NCBI GenBank assembly: GCA_963664375.1 | Contig: OY761449.1 | Location: 1,867,087-1,931,086 of the forward strand | Direction of reading: 5' to 3' | DNA length: 64,000 bases | Source of the DNA: Dehalococcoidia bacterium | GTDB taxonomy: Bacteria > Chloroflexota > Dehalococcoidia > Lucifugimonadales > UBA3495 | Shown here: positions 54,463 to 63,438 of the stretch, in pieces | Numbering within the stretch: position 1 is the first letter of the stretch | Layout of the letters: the number at the start of each line of letters is the position of its first letter | Translations under genes and position numbers: made by a program | Notes under the pieces: model-generated | Databases searched by the model: none | Told to the model about the DNA's origin: nothing | Seen by the model: only the letters and a program-made list of their open reading frames with translations

Positions 54463-55374
54463 ATGCCCAGGCCTGACTTGGCGCACGCTTCCAACGCGGC
54501 AGGGCCATGGTATGTGGACAATCGCTGCATCCGGTGCGACGCCTCCCGCAATTGGGCGCCCGGACTGATTGATACTGATGCCATGGGGCGTTCCTATGTG
54601 GCCCGCCAGCCGAAAGGCAAAGACCAGCAGGCGGCTATGTGGCGAGCGGCGGCAGCTTGTCCCACCAAGTCCATCGGTAATCTCGACCACCACGCGGAGC
54701 CGCCTGGTATATTCCCCTATCAGCTCACCGATGGAGTAATGGCCCTGGGCAACAACGCGCTATCATCCTTCGCCGCTCATTCGTTTTTGGTGGAGCGACC
54801 CGACGGCAACTTGATGATTGACTCGCCTCGCTATAACCGCACGCTGGCGGAAAGCGTCGATTCCTTGGGCGGCATAGCCCATATCCTGCTGAGCCACCGA
54901 GACGACGTGGCTGACGCAGATCGCTGGGCCGAACGTTACGGCGCAAGCGTGTGGATTGGCGAGGCCGACCGCGACGCTGCGCCCTATGCGACCAACGTAA
55001 CAGCCGACGGCACAGTGGCGCTCATATCGCCGGGTGTATTGTCAATACCCGCTCCAGGGCATACCGCGGGCCATGTGGTATACCATATTGACAATATGAT
55101 GTTGTTCACCGGGGACACCCTGCACTGGAACCATCGCCGCGGCGAGATGGACGTTTTCCCCAAACAGACATTCTACTCGTGGGAGACACTGGCCGGTACT
55201 ATAGATATGCTGGCTGCTTTGCCAGTGGAGTGGGTCTTTGCCGGACACGGGATGTGGCACAACATTGGCGCTCAAGAATGGAAACGACAGATGGCAGCTT
55301 TGGGCCCGGCGATGAGGGATCTGGGGCAAGCATATTGGTCGCAGAGGCCGGATACCACCTACGGATGGTATTGA
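54463..55374 (+). CDS. ferredoxin-like domain fused to an MBL-fold metallohydrolase
   Basis: N-terminal WYVDNRCIRCDAS...AAAACPTKSI (Cx2Cx2S...CP). MBL blocks ILLSHRDDVAD, PAPGHTAGH, FTGDTL and AGHG. GAGAGG RBS 13 nt after the hydratase stop. Confidence 0.7.
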   Translation: MPRPDLAHASNAAGPWYVDNRCIRCDASRNWAPGLIDTDAMGRSYVARQPKGKDQQAAMWRAAAACPTKSIGNLDHHAEPPGIFPYQLTDGVMALGNNALSSFAAHSFLVERPDGNLMIDSPRYNRTLAESVDSLGGIAHILLSHRDDVADADRWAERYGASVWIGEADRDAAPYATNVTADGTVALISPGVLSIPAPGHTAGHVVYHIDNMMLFTGDTLHWNHRRGEMDVFPKQTFYSWETLAGTIDMLAALPVEWVFAGHGMWHNIGAQEWKRQMAALGPAMRDLGQAYWSQRPDTTYGWY

Positions 55375-55446
55375 CCGGATGGCTTTTTGACGCTTGCGGT
55401 GTGCCTCAGTCCAATCCTCGCCTCCCAGGAGAGGCAAACAAATCCT

Positions 55447-55941
55447 CTAGGGCCGGGTCATCCAGACGGCGAAGGCTATTATCCAGATTACCAGCAGCAG
55501 GTTGATGCGGGCGGCCCACTGCACGAACAGGCGGCCGATTCCCCTGGGCATTTCCGCGCTGGTTGCGCGTGCCTGCTCTAGCCGCTCCATCATCCTGGGG
55601 CCGAGCCAGAAATCGTGAACGGCGCTCAGCACGATTACCATCACGAAAATGCCGGTCTTTCTCTGCAAGTAATCGAGAAAGTGCCAGTCGCCGCCGCCAG
55701 TGAAGAAGGTGTCCGGGCGGACTCCCCACTGGGTCCAGGCCAGGTATGCGCCTGAGCCAGCTAGCACGACCATCGAGGCCCAGGCTATGCGAACGAACTT
55801 GTCCGCAGCAAGCCGCACCGCGCCGAACCCGAATTCCGGGTTCCGGCGTCCCAGCGGCACCATCACCATAGCCAGGAACAGCATACCGCCCAGCCAGGTG
55901 ATGGCGGAGATTACGTGGATGAATACGACGACCTGGTACAT
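55447..55941 (-). CDS. hypothetical 4-TM membrane protein (CopD-like, tentative)
   Basis: Four hydrophobic spans. N-terminal FIHVISAITWLGGMLF resembles CopD-type domains. Confidence 0.35.
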   Translation of the reverse strand: MYQVVVFIHVISAITWLGGMLFLAMVMVPLGRRNPEFGFGAVRLAADKFVRIAWASMVVLAGSGAYLAWTQWGVRPDTFFTGGGDWHFLDYLQRKTGIFVMVIVLSAVHDFWLGPRMMERLEQARATSAEMPRGIGRLFVQWAARINLLLVIWIIAFAVWMTRP

Positions 55942-55959
55942 CCGCGCTGTCTCCTAACC

Positions 55960-56409
55960 TCAAGGTTGGTCCTGATCGTCATCGCCGCCATTGACGCGCG
56001 CTTGCAAAGTCTCTATACGTTCCAGAAGCCTCTGCCGCTCTTCGTCCGCCCTGCGTCGTTCCTCTTCCGCCTGGCGCCGCTCTTCGTCCAGCAGCCTCTC
56101 GGCCAGCTCCGCTCGTTGTCTCTCTCGTCTGAGCATGACGTAGTTCCAGATACCTCCAGTCCCACCGGCGATAGCCCCGTGGGTAAACATCTTGTTCAGC
56201 AGGTCAAGGTTGATGAACCTTGCCCAACCGGACAGGCTGCACTTGGTTGTTTCCGACAGTTCGGGCGTACATGGCTCGGTGGTGAAATTCCAGACGGCCC
56301 AGGTAATGCCGGATGCCAGGATAGCGAGGGCCAAGGGAAACCACGCCAGTTCCCAGATGTCGGCCATCAGGGTCATGGTTCCCGAACGGTGGCGTTCATT
56401 CTCCTGCAA
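55960..56409 (-). CDS. hypothetical membrane protein with Arg/Glu-rich coiled-coil tail
   Basis: Two hydrophobic spans, then RRERQRAELAERLLDEERRQAEEERRRADEERQRLLERIETLQ. Confidence 0.35.
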   Translation of the reverse strand: MQENERHRSGTMTLMADIWELAWFPLALAILASGITWAVWNFTTEPCTPELSETTKCSLSGWARFINLDLLNKMFTHGAIAGGTGGIWNYVMLRRERQRAELAERLLDEERRQAEEERRRADEERQRLLERIETLQARVNGGDDDQDQP

Positions 56410-56613
56410 TCGCCCTTTCCTTGGCCATTCCGGTCTCAGCTCCCGGAGATTGTCATACCGTTACCGCCGGATGCCGATACCATCCAAGTATACACTTGGC
56501 CTCGGTGCTATGGGGAATTGGCAACCCGGACACCCATTCCTGGGGCGAAGGTTGCGGGAGACCCTGGCGTTCAGGGTGGGCAGCGCTGACCGGGTTGGGA
56601 CCGGCCGGCTTGT

Positions 56614-57708
56614 TCAGGCCAGCCAGGGTATGTCCTCCTTCAGGTAGTGCGTGGCCCGGAAGACGCGGTTGACGGGCTGCTCCTCCGCGTCGACGTGGAA
56701 GTGCGGGTTGATGTATTCCCAGACCACGTCGCAATCCGGGGTGACCTGGAACATGCGCCCGAACTGCCCCTCCGTGATGAGCGTGTTGCCGTTGGGCAGG
56801 CGGCGCGCGCCGGAAATGTAGGAACTGAAGAAATTATAGGCCGGGTTGTCGATGTACTCCCACACGATTTCGTTGTTCGACGGGTTTACCTCGATGACCC
56901 GCGAAAACGGCAGGCCCGAATCGTAGCGGTGGGAACCGTTGTCGTAGATAAGCACGTTGCCGTTGGGCAGCATGTTGGGGTCGTGCTGCTGCGCCAGGGT
57001 CTCGTGGCCCAGCTCCCAGACGATTTCCCCGCTGGCCTTGTCGACGATGCCCACGGTGGAGATGTTGCGGAAGCTGAACATTACGCGGTCGTCCCCGATG
57101 GGCAGCACGGTGTTGCCATGGCTCCACTCGTCGCGCCGGTCGTTCATGGTGATGACGTGCCGGTCGATGTCCAGATGCTCAGCGGCGCGCCATTCCCAGA
57201 TGCGGTTGCCCTGGGCGTCCACCTCGACCAGCACGTCGGCCCACATGCCCTCCGGCGAGGAATCGGGCACCCCGCCCTGCACCTTCGCGGCGAGAGACGG
57301 TTCCATCGGCTCCAGGGTCATGTAGAGTGCGCCGCCCGACTCAGTGCGTCGGTGGTCGTGGTGATGGTCGGGGTCGCGGTGCTCCCAGACCACGTTGCCG
57401 TGACGGTCGGCCTCGATCATCACGCCGCCCTTGAACCGCTTCCACGACGGGAACAGGTCCCAGGTTTCGTCCACCACCTTGCCGCCGTAGAACACGTTGC
57501 CGTTGGGCAGCAGGTAGCCGTACAGGCCCGGGGCATAGGGCATCCGCCACTGGTGGGCAACGTTGCCCTGCATGTCGATCAGGTACAGGTCTCCCATGCT
57601 GGACATCGGCGCGTACAGCACGTAGCCGGGGCAGGCCCTCTCGGGGTCGTAGGCGGTCAGGCCCGTGCGGCCCGTGCGTCTCCGGGTCTGCTGGTCAACA
57701 GTCGTCAT
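56614..57708 (-). CDS. arylsulfotransferase-like beta-propeller protein (tentative)
   Basis: Repeated LPNGN/HGN blade motifs and overall similarity to ASST-type proteins. GGGAGG RBS before ATG 57708. Confidence 0.55.
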   Translation of the reverse strand: MTTVDQQTRRRTGRTGLTAYDPERACPGYVLYAPMSSMGDLYLIDMQGNVAHQWRMPYAPGLYGYLLPNGNVFYGGKVVDETWDLFPSWKRFKGGVMIEADRHGNVVWEHRDPDHHHDHRRTESGGALYMTLEPMEPSLAAKVQGGVPDSSPEGMWADVLVEVDAQGNRIWEWRAAEHLDIDRHVITMNDRRDEWSHGNTVLPIGDDRVMFSFRNISTVGIVDKASGEIVWELGHETLAQQHDPNMLPNGNVLIYDNGSHRYDSGLPFSRVIEVNPSNNEIVWEYIDNPAYNFFSSYISGARRLPNGNTLITEGQFGRMFQVTPDCDVVWEYINPHFHVDAEEQPVNRVFRATHYLKEDIPWLA

Positions 57709-57749
57709 AATCCGTCGCCTCCCAGAACAGAAATGAGATAATATGCTCA

Positions 57750-57783
57750 TTAACCTGGTTGCATGCTATTTGCATGAGGTTAA
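57750..57783 (+). promoter_or_regulatory. candidate operator/promoter of the antitoxin-PIN operon
   Basis: TTAACCT...AGGTTAA inverted repeat enclosing two direct TTGCATG repeats, ending 3 nt before the AAGGT RBS of the antitoxin gene. Confidence 0.35.
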
Positions 57784-57786
57784 GGT

Positions 57787-58095
57787 ATGAACAGCCCCAT
57801 GACAATCACGCTAACGCCTGACGTCGAAAGCCGACTGGTAGAACAGGCTCGAAATCTGGGCATCACGCCCGAACAACTCGCCTTAGACACGCTACGGGAA
57901 CGATTCACGCCGACAGTTACACCGGGCCAGCAGCCAAAACCGGAAGAAACGCTGGCTGATTTTCTTTCGAGCCATATTGGCGTCCTGCACGGCAACGATA
58001 CAGACTCCGGCCGCGCCGGTACGCCGGATAGCAGCAGCGATAAATTCGCCGCATTGCTTATGGAGGAATACCGGCGGCGGCAATCGGGAAGATGA
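57787..58095 (+). CDS. putative antitoxin
   Basis: Small acidic-tailed protein whose stop overlaps the PIN gene start (ATGA at 58092-58095). N-terminal ITLTPDVESRLVEQARNLGITPEQLALDTL is helix-rich. Confidence 0.55.
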   Translation: MNSPMTITLTPDVESRLVEQARNLGITPEQLALDTLRERFTPTVTPGQQPKPEETLADFLSSHIGVLHGNDTDSGRAGTPDSSSDKFAALLMEEYRRRQSGR

Positions 58096-58502
58096 TACTA
58101 ACGGACACTGGCCCCCTGGTAGCTCGGCTCAATGCCGACGACCAGCACCATGCGCGATGTGTCGCCGTGGCGGGGAAATTGCCGCCGGTCCCCCTTCTCA
58201 CCACTTGGGTATGTTTCACCGAAGCCATGTACCTGCTAGGGTCGATAGGGGGCCATCGCTATCAGGCCGCCCTCTGGAACTTGAGAACTGAGGGCCGGGT
58301 AGTCTTGCATGAAATAACACCCCCGGAAGCTGACCGCATGGCTGAATTGATGTCGCAATACCGGGATACGCCAATGTCCCTGGCAGACGCCTCTCTGATA
58401 GCGTTGGCCGAGACCCGGTCGATGCGCAGCGTATTTACCGTTGATGGCGATTTCTACATTTACCGGCTGTTCGACGGGTCTACCTTGGATATTTTGCAGT
58501 AG
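58092..58502 (+). CDS. PIN-domain toxin (VapC-like)
   Basis: MILTDTGPLVA (first acidic residue), LADASLIALAE and FTVDGDF are the conserved acidic positions of PIN domains. Confidence 0.75.
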   Translation: MILTDTGPLVARLNADDQHHARCVAVAGKLPPVPLLTTWVCFTEAMYLLGSIGGHRYQAALWNLRTEGRVVLHEITPPEADRMAELMSQYRDTPMSLADASLIALAETRSMRSVFTVDGDFYIYRLFDGSTLDILQ

Positions 58503-58533
58503 GAATTTTGATGGCAACAGTGCGCTTATTCAC

Positions 58534-59301
58534 CTACTGCGCCACGTATCCGCCGTCGACGGCCATGTTGTGGCCGGTGACGAAGCTGGCCGCGGGCGAC
58601 GACAGCCAGACCACCGCCTCGGAGATTTCCTCGGGCTCTCCCAGGCGCCCCACCGGGTGCCGGGAGATGATGGTCTGCTCCATATCCGGGTAGTTGTCAA
58701 AAAGCGGCCGCACCAGCGGCGTGTTGATGTAGCCGGGGCATACCGAGTTCACCCGGATGCCGTCCCGCGCGTACTCCAGCGCCGCCGCCTTGGTAAGCCC
58801 GTTCACCCCGTGCTTGGCCGCCATATAGGCCACCGACCCGGTGTTGGCGATCAGCCCCATGATCGAGGCGGTGTTGACGATGGCCCCGCTGCCCTGCTTC
58901 AGCATCTGCGGGATTTCGGCCTTCATGGACAGCCACACGCCCTTGAGGTTGATGCGGATGACGCGGTCGAAGTCATCCTCCTCGTAGTCTGCGGTCCGGC
59001 GCCGCTCCCGGCCGCCGGAGATGCCCGCGTTGTTGAAGGCGCAGTCCAGGCTGCCATACGCCTCCACTGCCCTGTCGACCATCAGCTGCGTGCCTGCCGG
59101 GTCGGAAACGTCGGCGTGGACCAGGATGGCCTGTCCGCCAGCCTCCACGATCATCTGCACCGTCTCCTCTCCGCCCTCCACGTTCATATCCGCCACCACG
59201 ACCCGCGCTCCCTCCCGCGCGTAGGCCAGGGACGCGGACCTGCCGATCCCCGAACCGCCGCCGGTTACCAGGGCTGTCTTGCCGTCTAGCTGTCCCGCCA
59301 T
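58534..59301 (-). CDS. SDR family oxidoreductase
   Basis: GKTALVTGGGSGIGRS, NNAGI and YMAAKHGV (YxxxK). ATG 59301 has an AAGGA RBS; the longer ORF is unsupported. Confidence 0.85.
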   Translation of the reverse strand: MAGQLDGKTALVTGGGSGIGRSASLAYAREGARVVVADMNVEGGEETVQMIVEAGGQAILVHADVSDPAGTQLMVDRAVEAYGSLDCAFNNAGISGGRERRRTADYEEDDFDRVIRINLKGVWLSMKAEIPQMLKQGSGAIVNTASIMGLIANTGSVAYMAAKHGVNGLTKAAALEYARDGIRVNSVCPGYINTPLVRPLFDNYPDMEQTIISRHPVGRLGEPEEISEAVVWLSSPAASFVTGHNMAVDGGYVAQ

Positions 59302-59497
59302 ATCCTTTTCTCCCACCATACGAATTTGTCGGCGATTATACCTGTCCGGGGATGCCAGTACACTTACGGCGGCGTTGACTCGCCGGGGTTGATGATAAAA
59401 TATCCGGCACAGAACGAATACCATGCCTGGCGGGGCCAGCGTTCGAGGTGGAGCTATGCCGACCAGCGCAAGCACAATCAAACCCGATACACCCAAC

Positions 59498-61129
59498 ATG
59501 ACCGATTACGAACACGCTTACCTGAACGACCGTATCGAGGCGCCGGAGTATTTCAACTTCGGATTCGATGTCGTCGATAAGTGGGCGGGAGACCGCACCA
59601 AGCTGGCCCTGCTTTCCGCCGACCCCAGCGGCGAAAGGGCTACCCATCACACTTTCTGGGACTTGAAGACCCTCAGCAACCGTTTCGCCAGCTCGCTGCT
59701 TGCTCTCGGAATCAGCAAGGGCGACCGCGTGTTTATCATGCTGCCCCGCATTCCGGAGTGGTACGTTGCCATGCTGGGGCTGTTCAAGCTGGGCGCGCTG
59801 CCCATGCCCGCCACCACGCTGCTGACTCCCGGCGACATCGAGTACCGCATCAACCGCGCCGAGGCGGTCATGGCCATCACCGACGGCGAAAACGCGAGCA
59901 AGGTGGAGCAGGCCGCCGGAGCATGCCCGACGCTGAAGCACCTGGTGGCCACCGGCGAGGAACGCCGCGGCTGGCGCTCCTACGAGCGAATGGTTGCCGA
60001 CGGGTCTTCCACGCTGGACGGCGTGGAGGCCACCCGCAGCGACGACCCGCTGCTGATTTATTTCACTTCCGGCACCGTGGGCTACCCCAAGATGGTGCTG
60101 CACACCCAGGCGTCGTGCGCCATCGGCCACACGCTGACGGCAAAATACTGGCACGACATCAAGCCCACCGACCTGCACTGGACGCTGTCCGACACCGGCT
60201 GGGCCAAGGCGGCCTACGGCAAGCTGTTCGGCCAGTGGACGCTGGGCGCAACGGTGATGCAGCACGACGCCCGCGGCCGCTTCGACGCCCCCATGACGCT
60301 GCGGATGCTGGAGCGCTACGGCGTGACGTCCTTCTGCGCCCCGCCGACGGCTTTCCGCATGATGGTGCTGGAAGACCTCAAGCAGTACGATCTGAGCAGC
60401 CTGCGCCATTGCACCGGCGCTGGCGAGCCGCTGAATCCCGAGGTCATGAAACAGTGGGAGGACGGCACCGGCCTGACCATCTACGACGGTTACGGCCAGA
60501 CCGAGACGGTGCTGATTGTGGGCAACTACCGCTGCATGCCCGTCCGGCCCGGCTCCATGGGCAAGCCCATGCCCGGATTCACCATCGGCATCGTCGATGA
60601 TGACGGCAACGAATTGCCCGTTGGCGAGGAAGGCCAGATTGCCGTCAAGGTCAAGCCCGAGCGGCCCCTGGGGCTGTTCCGGGAATACTGGCGCGACGAG
60701 GAGGGCACGGCCGGCTCCTTCGTCGGCGACTGGTATCTCACCGGCGACAAGGCATACAAGGATGAGGACGGCTACCACTGGTTCGTGGGCCGCGCCGACG
60801 ACGTGATTATCTCCGCCGGGTACCGCATCGGCCCCTTTGAGGTGGAGAGCGCGCTGATCGAGCACCCGGCAGTGGCCGAGTCCGCCGTCGTCGCCAGCCC
60901 CGACCCGGTGCGCGGCGAGATCGTCAAGGCCTTCGTCATCCTCGCCCCCGACTACGTGCCGTCCGACGAGCTCGTCCTCAGCATCCAGGACCACGTGCGC
61001 AGCACAACCGCGCCGTACAAATACCCGCGCTCCGTAGAGTTCGTAAGCGAGCTGCCCAAGACGGTAAGCGGCAAAATCCGCCGCGTCGAGCTCCGCGAAA
61101 TGGAGTTGGAACGCTCCCGCTCAAGGTGA
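59498..61129 (+). CDS. AMP-dependent acyl-CoA synthetase (medium-chain type)
   Basis: YFTSGTVGYPKMV, YDGYGQTE, TGDKAYKDEDGYHWFVGRADDVI and SGKIRR. Start is uncertain (59423, 59456 or 59498). Confidence 0.85.
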   Translation: MTDYEHAYLNDRIEAPEYFNFGFDVVDKWAGDRTKLALLSADPSGERATHHTFWDLKTLSNRFASSLLALGISKGDRVFIMLPRIPEWYVAMLGLFKLGALPMPATTLLTPGDIEYRINRAEAVMAITDGENASKVEQAAGACPTLKHLVATGEERRGWRSYERMVADGSSTLDGVEATRSDDPLLIYFTSGTVGYPKMVLHTQASCAIGHTLTAKYWHDIKPTDLHWTLSDTGWAKAAYGKLFGQWTLGATVMQHDARGRFDAPMTLRMLERYGVTSFCAPPTAFRMMVLEDLKQYDLSSLRHCTGAGEPLNPEVMKQWEDGTGLTIYDGYGQTETVLIVGNYRCMPVRPGSMGKPMPGFTIGIVDDDGNELPVGEEGQIAVKVKPERPLGLFREYWRDEEGTAGSFVGDWYLTGDKAYKDEDGYHWFVGRADDVIISAGYRIGPFEVESALIEHPAVAESAVVASPDPVRGEIVKAFVILAPDYVPSDELVLSIQDHVRSTTAPYKYPRSVEFVSELPKTVSGKIRRVELREMELERSRSR

Positions 61130-61156
61130 TAGAACCTTCGACAACGATAGACAAAT

Positions 61157-61195
61157 CCCCTCCCCCTCAGGGGGAGGGTTAGGGTGGGGGTGAAA
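61157..61195 (+). repeat. REP-A copy 29
   Basis: CCCCTCCCCC-TCA-GGGGGAGGG-TTAGGGTGGGGGTGAAA, after the acyl-CoA synthetase stop. Confidence 0.9.
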
Positions 61196-61221
61196 CCCTG
61201 GGCGCCTGCCACCCCTCTCAA

Positions 61222-61250
61222 CCGTCATTCCCGCGAAAGCGGGAATCCAG
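61222..61250 (+). repeat. REP-B hairpin (CCGC/GCGG variant)
   Basis: CCGTCATTCCCGC-GAAA-GCGGGAATCCAG. Confidence 0.8.
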
Positions 61251-61270
61251 TCCAAAAACGGAGCAGCATA

Positions 61271-61924
61271 ATGGACAGTTTCAGCGACCAGCTCCGCGCC
61301 GAGGCGGAGCCAATCTGGCGCGAGATATTCGCGCACCCGTTCCTGAAAGGCATCAAGGACGGCACATTGCCCTTGGAGACCTTCCAGTACTACTTGGGGC
61401 AGGATTACCTTTACCTGGAGGGCTTCGCCCGGTGCGTAGCCATTGCGCTGGCCAAGGCCCCTACCATCGAGGTCATCGAGGAGATGGCGAAGCGGGTGAT
61501 GACGCCCATCGAGCGGCCACTGCACCACAAGCTGCTGGCCGAGGCCGGGCTGAGCGAGGCCGAGGTGGCCAGGGCGCAGCCGTCGCCCACCAACGCGGGT
61601 TACGTGAACCACATGCTGGCCGTCGCTAACCGCGAGGGCCTGGGGCCGACGGCCGCCGCCATGCTGCCATGCCCCTGGACTTACCACCTGCTGCGAGAGG
61701 AGCTGGGCCAGTCGGAACACCCGCTCTACGGCCAGTGGACCAGCTTCTACGTCTCCGGCCTGTTGGAAGACAGCGTAGCCGCCTGGCGCAGCTTCGTCGA
61801 CCGGCAGGCCGAGCACGCCAGCCCGGAGGAACTGGAGGCCATGCGGCAGGCGTTCCTCACCAGCAGCCGCTACGAGTGGATGTTCTGGGACGCCGCCTAC
61901 CGCCGCGAAGGCTGGCCGGTATAG
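61271..61924 (+). CDS. tenA: TenA-family thiaminase II / aminopyrimidine aminohydrolase
   Basis: HPFLKGIKDGTLPLETFQYYLGQDYLYLEGFAR and the C-terminal YEWMFWDAAY. The ORF upstream of ATG 61271 translates repeats. Confidence 0.8.
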   Translation: MDSFSDQLRAEAEPIWREIFAHPFLKGIKDGTLPLETFQYYLGQDYLYLEGFARCVAIALAKAPTIEVIEEMAKRVMTPIERPLHHKLLAEAGLSEAEVARAQPSPTNAGYVNHMLAVANREGLGPTAAAMLPCPWTYHLLREELGQSEHPLYGQWTSFYVSGLLEDSVAAWRSFVDRQAEHASPEELEAMRQAFLTSSRYEWMFWDAAYRREGWPV

Positions 61925-61942
61925 AGTCAGGCACTCTATTTT

Positions 61943-61983
61943 CTCCCTCCCCCTGAGGGGGAGGGCGGGGGTGGGGGTGAAAT
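61943..61983 (+). repeat. REP-A copy 30
   Basis: CTCCCTCCCCC-TGA-GGGGGAGGG-CGGGGGTGGGGGTGAAA, after the tenA stop. Confidence 0.85.
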
Positions 61984-62014
61984 CTCAGCTAAAGTTATAA
62001 TAAGGAGACCAACC

Positions 62015-62809
62015 ATGCCCAAAGCGCCGATCAACGGCATCGAACTCTACTACGAGTCCCACGGCAGCGGCCCGGCCATCATCTTTGCCCACGGGCGCGG
62101 CGGCAACCACATGAGCTGGTGGCAGCAGGTCGCGCGCTTCTCCGGCGAGTTCCGCTGCATCACATTTGACCACCGCGGCTGGGGCCAGTCCGCCGCGCCC
62201 TACGGCTCGCCGCTGCGCGAGAAATTCGCCGCCGACATCATCGCCCTCGCCGACTACCTGGAGTTGGGCGAGACCTTCCTGGTGGCGCAGTCCATGGGCG
62301 GATTCAGTTGCCTGGAGTTCGCGCTGGCCCGCCCGGAGCAGACGTTGGGGCTGGTGCTGGGCGACACCACCGGCGGCGTGGCCACGCCCGGCGTGCTGGC
62401 CGAGTTGTCCAAGACCGACCCGCCCGACGGCGTGGCCCGCTCGCTGGCCGCCGGGTTCATCGCAGAACAGCCCGCCCTGACCTTCCTGTACCAGCAGATC
62501 CAGAGCCTCAACCCCGAGCGGGGCGAGGACGGCGTGATTTCGGGATTCCGCCGCGAGGACGGGCGGAACGAGGCCGACTTCTTCGGCTGGCAGACGCCCA
62601 CGCTGCTCATCGTCGGGGACGAGGACGCCATCTTCCCGCCCGCCGTCATCTCCGAGGTCCAGAAGACCATCCCCGGCTCAAGGATGGAGGTCGTTGCGGG
62701 CACGGCCCACTCCGCGCACTACGAAAAGGCCGCCGAGTTCAACGCCCACCTAGCGGCGTTCTTCGCCAGTGTTCTCGCCGGGCAACCCGCGGGCGCGCCA
62801 GCGGACTAA
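62015..62809 (+). CDS. alpha/beta hydrolase
   Basis: HGRGGN oxyanion region, nucleophile elbow AQSMGG, and C-terminal GTAHSAHYE. Confidence 0.8.
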   Translation: MPKAPINGIELYYESHGSGPAIIFAHGRGGNHMSWWQQVARFSGEFRCITFDHRGWGQSAAPYGSPLREKFAADIIALADYLELGETFLVAQSMGGFSCLEFALARPEQTLGLVLGDTTGGVATPGVLAELSKTDPPDGVARSLAAGFIAEQPALTFLYQQIQSLNPERGEDGVISGFRREDGRNEADFFGWQTPTLLIVGDEDAIFPPAVISEVQKTIPGSRMEVVAGTAHSAHYEKAAEFNAHLAAFFASVLAGQPAGAPAD

Positions 62810-62836
62810 GCTGTGTGTAGCGCCACTTCCAAAATT

Positions 62837-62875
62837 CCCTCCCCCTCAGGGGGAGGGTTAGGATGTGGGTGAAAA
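62837..62875 (+). repeat. REP-A copy 31 (left part of a truncated MITE-D-like unit ending about 62930)
   Basis: CCCTCCCCC-TCA-GGGGGAGGG-TTAGGATGTGGGTGAAAA, after the hydrolase stop. Confidence 0.85.
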
Positions 62876-62997
62876 GGTATTCCGGAGATGCCTTCGGGTG
62901 AGCAATCAACAGCCTTGAGATAGTTCCTACATTGCCTCGGCTGCGCCCCGAGATACTGGGCATACGCGACAGACAATTGATTGCCCTTTGCTTATGT

Positions 62998-63438
62998 TCA
63001 GTCAAAGAGGTCTGACAAGTCCTGAACCACTTCGTCCCCGACACGAACGATTGCGTCCTCGCCATCCAGATCTTTTATGGCCAGCTCATCCACCTTTAGG
63101 GTCTCACGGCGTGTTTCCCATTTTGGCGGGTCAAACAGTCTGTGATAGTTAAAGAGTGCCGCTCCGCTGCCTCCTACGTTCACATGATGACTCCGAAAGG
63201 TTGATGCTACGGACAGATTCGGCTGTAGCTCGGTTACTTTGACCCTAGTCTTCTCTCTTCCAACAGCGCCCAACGGTTCTCCGGTATCCGGGTCAGTGAT
63301 AACGGAATCTTTCATACTCAGGATTTTGAAAATCATCCCGATCTCCACCCCGTCGGCGGATCCTTTGTTGATAACGACTTCGCGCCGGTCCAGGATGCGA
63401 GCTACCTTGCCACTAATGGGTTGAGTGAGACTAGTCAT
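62998..63438 (-). CDS. hypothetical protein
   Basis: AT-richer segment. The ATG at 63438 overlaps the upstream gene stop by 8 nt. No family recognised. Confidence 0.4.
   Translation of the reverse strand: MTSLTQPISGKVARILDRREVVINKGSADGVEIGMIFKILSMKDSVITDPDTGEPLGAVGREKTRVKVTELQPNLSVASTFRSHHVNVGGSGAALFNYHRLFDPPKWETRRETLKVDELAIKDLDGEDAIVRVGDEVVQDLSDLFD

Noticed and set aside
61130-61270. TPP riboswitch upstream of tenA
   Set aside because: The leader is fully accounted for by REP-A copy 29 and a REP-B hairpin. I could not find the conserved CUGAGA / ACCUGAUCUGGAUAAUGCCAGCG-type thi-box elements.
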